Source: Abditibacteriota bacterium (GTDB lineage: Bacteria; Armatimonadota; UBA5829). From it: a stretch of DNA of 64,000 nt. Under the pieces are notes generated by a model, which saw only the letters and a program-made list of their open reading frames with translations, did no database searches and was not told where the DNA came from. The DNA is taken from NCBI GenBank assembly GCA_017445025.1, contig JAFSVJ010000028.1, positions 30,707-94,706 on the forward strand. Direction: 5' to 3'. Of this stretch, positions 58,383 through 64,000 are shown in pieces. The stretch's first letter is position 1; each line of letters opens with the position of its first letter. The position numbers and the translations under genes were made by a program.

Positions 58383-58928
58383 ATGATTATTGAAACAGAA
58401 AGATTAAAACTCAGACCATTTAAAACAGAAGACGCAAAGGATCTGTTTGAATATTTAAAAGAACCTTTGGTCCATTGCTTTGCTTCTATGAAAATTAACA
58501 CTATTGAAGAAGCGGAAAAAGAAATTCTCAATAGGATAAAAGAAGAGTGCATTTATTTTGCGGTGGAGTTAAAAAGCGAGAAAAAGGTTATCGGAGAAAT
58601 ATGGGTCAATCCGGAGTCTGATGAAGAAATAAATAAGGATACAGTTTTCAGTCCTTGCTGGATGTTAAACAAAGCCTATCACGGAAAAGGTTATGCCTAT
58701 GAATCTGTATATGCAATTTTTGACTACCTATTCAAAGAAAGAAATGCTCGGAGAATTTATATATATACAGAAGATTATAATATTCCATGCCAAAAACTTT
58801 GCAAGAAATTGGGGATGCGTCAAGAAGCTTTATATAAGGAATTTATATCCTTTATCAATGACCGAGAAGGCTCCCCTATTTATGAAAACACCTACGAATT
58901 TGCTATCTTGAAGAAAGAGTGGAAATAA
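58383..58928 (+). CDS. GNAT-family N-acetyltransferase (RimJ/RimL-like)
   Basis: ETERLKLRPFKTEDAKDLFEYL N-terminus and an acetyl-CoA-binding-like core. 181 aa. Confidence 0.75.
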   Translation: MIIETERLKLRPFKTEDAKDLFEYLKEPLVHCFASMKINTIEEAEKEILNRIKEECIYFAVELKSEKKVIGEIWVNPESDEEINKDTVFSPCWMLNKAYHGKGYAYESVYAIFDYLFKERNARRIYIYTEDYNIPCQKLCKKLGMRQEALYKEFISFINDREGSPIYENTYEFAILKKEWK

Positions 58929-59070
58929 CACCGTCCCTCTGCAAAAAAGAAAATTATTATTTTTTAGAAAAGTATGCCAAAGACAATTTTTCATCTATAT
59001 AATTAAAATGAGACATAAGAAGGTAAATTTCGTATAAAAAACTTAGGGATTTTTAGGAAAATTAATAAAC

Positions 59071-59102
59071 AAAAAAAGAGCCTTTCGGCTCTTATTTTTT
59101 TA
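59071..59102. terminator. bidirectional rho-independent terminator between convergent genes
   Basis: agagcc-tttc-ggctct hairpin flanked by an A-run and a T-run. Confidence 0.6.
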
Positions 59103-59104
59103 AT

Positions 59105-60091
59105 TTATTTGGATTTAATAATTTCTCTTTCCAACAAAGCTAAGCGGATAGATTCTATGGTAGATTCAGGAGGGCAAATCTCGTTCTTGTGAAGGCCCTT
59201 AACTGTATCTAAAAAGTACCTCAATTCAGTAATATAGGCGTTGGGCTTGTCTATCTTTATGGTTTCCTTGGTGACACCGTCAGAGCAAGTGACACGAACT
59301 TCGCCCCAATCTCCTCTGTATTCAGCTGTGGCTTTCTCAAAGTTTGCTTTAATATAGCAGCAGAAAGGAGAATGTTCTATCCAAGATCCACGAATAGATA
59401 CCAAAACATCTCCATATTTCATCAAAACATTACAGTCGTCCACTTCCCCGGTTTTTCCCACAAGTCCTGAAGCTATCATACTGTCCGGCTTAGGTCCGAA
59501 AGTATAATTAACCCAGTCCATATCGTGAACATGTAAATCTAAAAGGGCACCACCACTTCTCTCACCCTCTAAGAACCACCCCCCGGGATAGCAACCGGTT
59601 CTTTGCATTATTACAGAATAGAGTTTTCCATATCTACCGTTCTCTATACAGGACTTAATATATTCATACTCATGCCAAAATCTGACACACTGACCTATCA
59701 TCAGTTCTTTTCCACTCTTATTCTTGGCATCAATCATTTTTTGGCAACCTTCAACACTTATACTCATAGGCTTTTCGGAGAAAACATTTATACCTTTATT
59801 GAGAGCCATAACCGCATAATCCGCATGAATATCCGTAGGAAGAGCAGAAACGAGAACATCTATTTCCTCTTTTTCCAGCATCTCTTCAAACTTTTCGTAT
59901 GTATTAACTGTATTGATGTCCAGCCAAGCCTTATCTACTTTAAAATTAATTTCACTTTCGGTCTGAACAAATTTTTCAGGGTCTATATCACAAATACAGG
60001 TCACCTTAACATCATCATAACCTACCAAAGAACCTGCGTGAATATGTCCCAAACCACCGTAACCTACGATGCCGACTTTCAATTTTTCCAT
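59105..60091 (-). CDS. Gfo/Idh/MocA-family NAD(P)-dependent oxidoreductase
   Basis: N-terminal Rossmann KVGIVGYGGLGHIH, family length and C-terminal domain. Confidence 0.8.
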   Translation of the reverse strand: MEKLKVGIVGYGGLGHIHAGSLVGYDDVKVTCICDIDPEKFVQTESEINFKVDKAWLDINTVNTYEKFEEMLEKEEIDVLVSALPTDIHADYAVMALNKGINVFSEKPMSISVEGCQKMIDAKNKSGKELMIGQCVRFWHEYEYIKSCIENGRYGKLYSVIMQRTGCYPGGWFLEGERSGGALLDLHVHDMDWVNYTFGPKPDSMIASGLVGKTGEVDDCNVLMKYGDVLVSIRGSWIEHSPFCCYIKANFEKATAEYRGDWGEVRVTCSDGVTKETIKIDKPNAYITELRYFLDTVKGLHKNEICPPESTIESIRLALLEREIIKSK

Positions 60092-60169
60092 AACAATTTC
60101 CTCTTTTAATCTTTTAATGTTAATATTTATAATAATTTAAATAATTTTCACCATCTTTGATAAATATCA

Positions 60170-60262
60170 CAAGGAGGGAGGACCATTCGCAAAGCGAATG
60201 GTGTGTGGTCAGGAGTAAAATTTGCAAAACTGCAAATTTTACGATAGAAGCCTAACAATCTA
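60170..60262. repeat. short copy of the GC-rich mosaic repeat (ggtcaggagtaaaatttgcaaaactgcaaatttt ... gatagaagcctaacaatctaagc)
   Basis: Matches the reverse complement of 33290..33366 with an internal deletion/substitution. Confidence 0.5.
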
Positions 60263-60264
60263 AG

Positions 60265-62523
60265 CTAACTATCTATTGTATTTATTTCTATAGTACCGCA
60301 AGGAGTATACACACTTGCCTTTACAAATGATCTCTTAACAGGATCTATTTCATATTCTTCAAAACCGGGTTTTATGGGCTTTACACCCAAAAGATAAGCA
60401 TAGTAGAAATACAAAGGCACAGCACTCCATGCATGGCTCCAAGAACCCGCTCTGTGGAAATCCCAAGCTCCCTTTATGGTCTCCCAAAAGGTAGTGGCAC
60501 CCTTAACCACCATAAGTCCCCAAGTGTTCTCTATCTCGTCAAAAACAAAATCCGCATATTTTTTGTCTTTCAAAAGGGCTTCATATTTATACATAGTCAT
60601 AGACAGAGTGCATTCCACCAAAGAGGAATCCCCTATTATCTTTTGGCGAATGGCTTCTTCCTTCTCCTTAGGAACAAAGCCTGCAAGGAGTGCCAAAGCC
60701 CCTGTCAGTTGAGCATAATTCTCTTCGTTTGCTCCTCCTATAAAGGATCTATAGTATCCCCTATTCTCTACCCAAAAGGTTTTGTCTGCATTCTCTCTCA
60801 TACCATTAAGGATTTTCTTATATTTCTTCGGGTCTTCCCCCAAATTTTCCATTATGAAAATAAGACTTTCCAGAGCCAAGGCAAAGAAGGAGTTGTAAGG
60901 CAAACTGAATTTCTCATTTTGGTCAAAACCTGAATCAATGGCACCTGAGAGACCCTCACTCCACTCGGTAAAGTTCCAATATCTCGATCCTATGGGACTT
61001 CTCAAAAGTCCCCCTTCCATAGTTTCAACCTGTTTGTCCAAAGTAAACCTTATTTGAGGCAACATTTCCTTTGCAAAATCATAATCTCCGGAGTAGAGAA
61101 AATAATCCTTTACCATCATCACCCAAGCCAAAGTAAAGGAAGGTATGGTAAAATCAAATTTGGTTGGAGAAGTTATCTCAAAAAATCCGTCTTCCCCAAA
61201 GGTTCCAGCAAAGGTTCTAAGACAACTTTTTACAAAGTTGTAATCGGCAAAAGCATAATAGTTACACAAAGCTTGGTTTCGACTGTCCATACCGTAAAGA
61301 CCTTGCTCTCGCCAAGGCGTGTCCTCAAAATGCTCATGCATACATATTCTTAAAGTTCTTACGGCTATCTCGTTAATTTTATTCTCAAGTTTGTTTACAC
61401 TTTCATATTTGGATTTCAAAGGAGCATTATAATCAGTAGGAATAATCTCCGCATTTTTAATAAAGGCATCTCCCGTCACATGAATTTGCAAATACCTTCC
61501 TCCAAGACGAAGAGTTCTATGTATAAACTTATTCTCTCCCTCTTTGGCAAAATATCTAAAACCAAAGTTTCTTCCGTCTATAAAAGAACGAACTCTCATA
61601 TCATCCAATTGCTCTCCATAGCCGAATTCCAACACCGTCCCCTCTTTGGCGTCTATTTCAAAAGAAATGTTTCCCGCAACTTCCTTTCCCATGTCAATTA
61701 TATAATAAACACCATCACAACCCTCGTCTTTCTTAACGGAAAAGCTTTCATTGGGAAGATCCACTATTTCTTCCACCACATTTGCACCTAAAAAGTCATT
61801 AAAAACACACTCTGCGGCAGAAGGAAAGGTTTTCTTTCTGATAAAAGAACCTGCCACGATGATTTGGGGGTGAGTATGGGCAATTCTTTCAAGTTTAGCT
61901 ATAGGACGAGGGAAAAAGTTATAAGTCTTATCTTGAATGTCCTCATCCCCTATTATAATCCAATGATCTCTGTTATAATCAAAGTCTGTCCAATTATCGG
62001 ATTTGGTAGCGTCAAATTCAAAGGTCCAACCCAGCTGAGAGGATACTTTTTCCATCTCGCCACACTTGTAATCAGGACTTATTTCATAATAACAATCATC
62101 TCCGGATGTAAATAACTCTTGCCCATTTTCTATGGCATAAATAATTCCCGCAGTATCATTTATATAGGCGAAAGTGTTGATACCCATATTATAACCCAAA
62201 ACAGCAATTCTGTTTCTTCCGGGCTTTAAGAATTCTCCTACTGAAAGAGTATCATAGGATTTATTGTCGGGGTAGTCGTGGTATTGTCTGCAAGATACAT
62301 ATTCCCCATTAATCCAAAGAACATAATCGCTTGTGGCACTGATATATATTTTGGCATCCTTAGAAGGCTTCTCTATATCAATGTCCTGCAAAAATCTACA
62401 GTATTGATTGGGCAAATTTGCGGTGACCTTTGGCCACATCCATTTAGCTTGACTTAATAATTCCATTATTATAACCTTTTTTAATACTACACTATTTTTA
62501 TAAAACAATAATATAAATGACAC
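60265..62523 (-). CDS. putative alpha-L-rhamnosidase-like (GH78-like) glycoside hydrolase
   Basis: AKWMWP-type N-terminus and a six-hairpin-like C-terminal region (GSWSHAWSAVPLYFY). The true start may be the internal Met at MELLSQAKW, about 19 codons downstream of the ORF start. The family call is tentative. Confidence 0.45.
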   Translation of the reverse strand: MSFILLFYKNSVVLKKVIIMELLSQAKWMWPKVTANLPNQYCRFLQDIDIEKPSKDAKIYISATSDYVLWINGEYVSCRQYHDYPDNKSYDTLSVGEFLKPGRNRIAVLGYNMGINTFAYINDTAGIIYAIENGQELFTSGDDCYYEISPDYKCGEMEKVSSQLGWTFEFDATKSDNWTDFDYNRDHWIIIGDEDIQDKTYNFFPRPIAKLERIAHTHPQIIVAGSFIRKKTFPSAAECVFNDFLGANVVEEIVDLPNESFSVKKDEGCDGVYYIIDMGKEVAGNISFEIDAKEGTVLEFGYGEQLDDMRVRSFIDGRNFGFRYFAKEGENKFIHRTLRLGGRYLQIHVTGDAFIKNAEIIPTDYNAPLKSKYESVNKLENKINEIAVRTLRICMHEHFEDTPWREQGLYGMDSRNQALCNYYAFADYNFVKSCLRTFAGTFGEDGFFEITSPTKFDFTIPSFTLAWVMMVKDYFLYSGDYDFAKEMLPQIRFTLDKQVETMEGGLLRSPIGSRYWNFTEWSEGLSGAIDSGFDQNEKFSLPYNSFFALALESLIFIMENLGEDPKKYKKILNGMRENADKTFWVENRGYYRSFIGGANEENYAQLTGALALLAGFVPKEKEEAIRQKIIGDSSLVECTLSMTMYKYEALLKDKKYADFVFDEIENTWGLMVVKGATTFWETIKGAWDFHRAGSWSHAWSAVPLYFYYAYLLGVKPIKPGFEEYEIDPVKRSFVKASVYTPCGTIEINTIDS

Positions 62524-62554
62524 TTATACAAAAAAGTGCCAAAAGGCACTTTCT

Positions 62555-63139
62555 TTAATTTTGGTCTTTTTTAATCTTGAAAATTAACTTTATTAATGGT
62601 GTGATAGACTTAGGACTTTTTATAACTATAATTTTTATTTTTGTATCAGGTTTATATTCATTCAAAAATCCATTAGACATATCATACACATAATAACAGC
62701 TTTCTGTTGGCCCCTGAGCCTTTACAACACAATATCCTTCATCATAATTCACAGTTTCCAAAGATCCTGTGATATTTGGACTAATATTCCACTTTTCATT
62801 ATAAAAGTCAATTACCTTTAAAAACTCTGTTTGTCCGTTATTATCTTCCACAAGACTGTAATATACTCCGTTACGATCATAATACATACACATCAAAGGA
62901 ACTTCTGTTTGGGCTTCAAAACTACCTTCATATATTATTTTTCCCATACCGTCTCTGGTTCCTCTCCAAACAAGATAATAATCTTGATCTTCTTCGTCAA
63001 CAATATAAGTTCCTTCTTCCCAAATATCTTTGAACATTGATTTTAGACTTTTGTAAGATGAAGAAGAAGAGGAACTGCCACCACAGCCTACCAAAACAAA
63101 AGACATTAATACAAGCAATAACAGAACTATTTTTTTCAT
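62555..63139 (-). CDS. lipoprotein, hypothetical (194 aa)
   Basis: Lipobox LVGCGGSSSSSSS signal. Confidence 0.5.
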   Translation of the reverse strand: MKKIVLLLLVLMSFVLVGCGGSSSSSSSYKSLKSMFKDIWEEGTYIVDEEDQDYYLVWRGTRDGMGKIIYEGSFEAQTEVPLMCMYYDRNGVYYSLVEDNNGQTEFLKVIDFYNEKWNISPNITGSLETVNYDEGYCVVKAQGPTESCYYVYDMSNGFLNEYKPDTKIKIIVIKSPKSITPLIKLIFKIKKDQN

Positions 63140-63366
63140 TTGTATCTCCGTAAAATATAATTCTATATATATTATACTATAACTTAAATGATTTTTGCAA
63201 ATTAAAAATCATATTATAATAAAGCAATTTGAATAAAAAAAAACTTAAATTTGACTTCAACACGACATTAGTAGTATAATTATATCGTAAATGGAACTTT
63301 TTCTGTTTTTACTTAGTCTACTAAGTTGTAAAATTAAAACATTAAATAATATTGTAGGTAACTTAA

Positions 63367-64000
63367 TGTTACAAAAAGTTAAAAAAGGATTTACCTTAAT
63401 CGAGTTGTTGGTAGTTATAGCAATTATTGCTATTTTAGCTGCCATTTTGTTCCCTGTATTCGCACAGGCAAGAGAAAAAGCAAGAGCATCTTCTTGTTTA
63501 TCTAACTTAAAACAAATAGAAACTGCTTTGCAGTTATACACAGACGATTACGACGAAACATACCCTATAAGAATTGATGGTGGAGCAGCATGGGATCCTA
63601 CAGGTCAAGCAGCTTACCCAAGATTTTGGCTTGCCGGTGAAACTCAAGACTGGACTGTTGCAGGAAACGCTCGATGGTGGACGTGGATGGACAGCCTTTA
63701 CCCATATGTAAAGAACTCTCAAATGTATGTTTGTCCTTCTATCGGAAATAAAGTAGGTTCTTACGGATACAACCCATTTATGAATGGTTTCCACTGGAAA
63801 AACAACGAAGCTGTTTCTATGAGCGAACTTAAAATGCCATCTGAAACCGTATTTATCGGTGATGGTCTTGTTAACACAGATTCTAAACTTTTAATCTCTG
63901 TTCTCGGTGCTCACATGTGTGGTGCACAAGAATGGGGTGGCGCATGGAAAAACGGTAAGAGACACAACGGCGGTTCCAACTTCTGCTTTGGTGACTCTCA
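63367..64000 (+). CDS. DUF1559 / prepilin-type N-terminal methylation-domain protein (pseudopilin-like), C-terminally truncated by window end
   Basis: [40 protein letters not shown]. Paralog of 52873..53637. Confidence 0.75.

Noticed and set aside
63257-63794. Two minus-strand ORFs (94 aa and 86 aa) at the right end
   Set aside because: They overlap the clearly recognisable plus-strand DUF1559 prepilin-like gene starting at 63367 and have an improbable composition.

Overview
Most of this window is AT-rich bacterial chromosome, with almost every gene up to ~56.4 kb on the minus strand. The taxon is unknown. Two abundant DUF1559/H-X9-DG pseudopilin-like proteins suggest a PVC-group or Elusimicrobia-like organism, but this is a guess. 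Recognisable housekeeping genes are dxs, glutamate dehydrogenase, plsC, cmk, hisC, uvrC, ispH, a P1B-type metal ATPase, and a partial SbcD/SbcC-like pair at the left edge. They are interspersed with accessory content, listed below.

- **Island 1 (4.6-14.9 kb):** a visibly more AT-rich four-gene operon. It encodes a PglX/DrmMI/type-IIG-like N6-adenine methyltransferase, a DUF262/DUF1524 GmrSD-like nuclease, a fused PLD-SNF2 helicase, and a 530-aa protein built of three ~110-aa internal repeats. The island is flanked by ~110-bp direct repeats that each carry a terminator hairpin and a putative promoter, and each precedes a small paralogous gene. No DrmA/DrmB, BrxC or PglZ genes are present, so this is a candidate undescribed DISARM/BREX-related minimal defence system.
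- **Island 2 (27.0-33.1 kb):** three overlapping genes. They are a 357-aa protein with methyltransferase-like motifs, a 1330-aa protein (GIY-YIG-like N-terminus, DExH SF2 helicase, gamma-class N6-MTase domain with NPPY but a degenerate motif I, then a TRD-like tail), and a 374-aa protein with two HARE-HTH domains and a PD-(D/E)xK nuclease motif. Together they look like a Type ISP-like or novel restriction-modification/defence module.
- **Carbohydrate locus (34.7-47.8 kb):** a LacI-family regulator, two paralogous large putative glycosidases each paired with an ASRT-family (sensory-rhodopsin-transducer-like) protein, an isomerase, a deacetylase and an aldo/keto reductase. Further secreted paralogs and glycosidase-like genes lie downstream.
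- **Repeat family:** a mosaic GC-rich interspersed repeat family unusual for this genome. It includes a tandem 338-bp duplication that produces 31-aa HTH-only fragments of the LacI gene, inverted copies flanking a three-gene cassette, and an in-frame 111-bp copy with 15-bp direct repeats inserted inside a phosphotriesterase-family gene.

No rRNA, tRNA or CRISPR was found.
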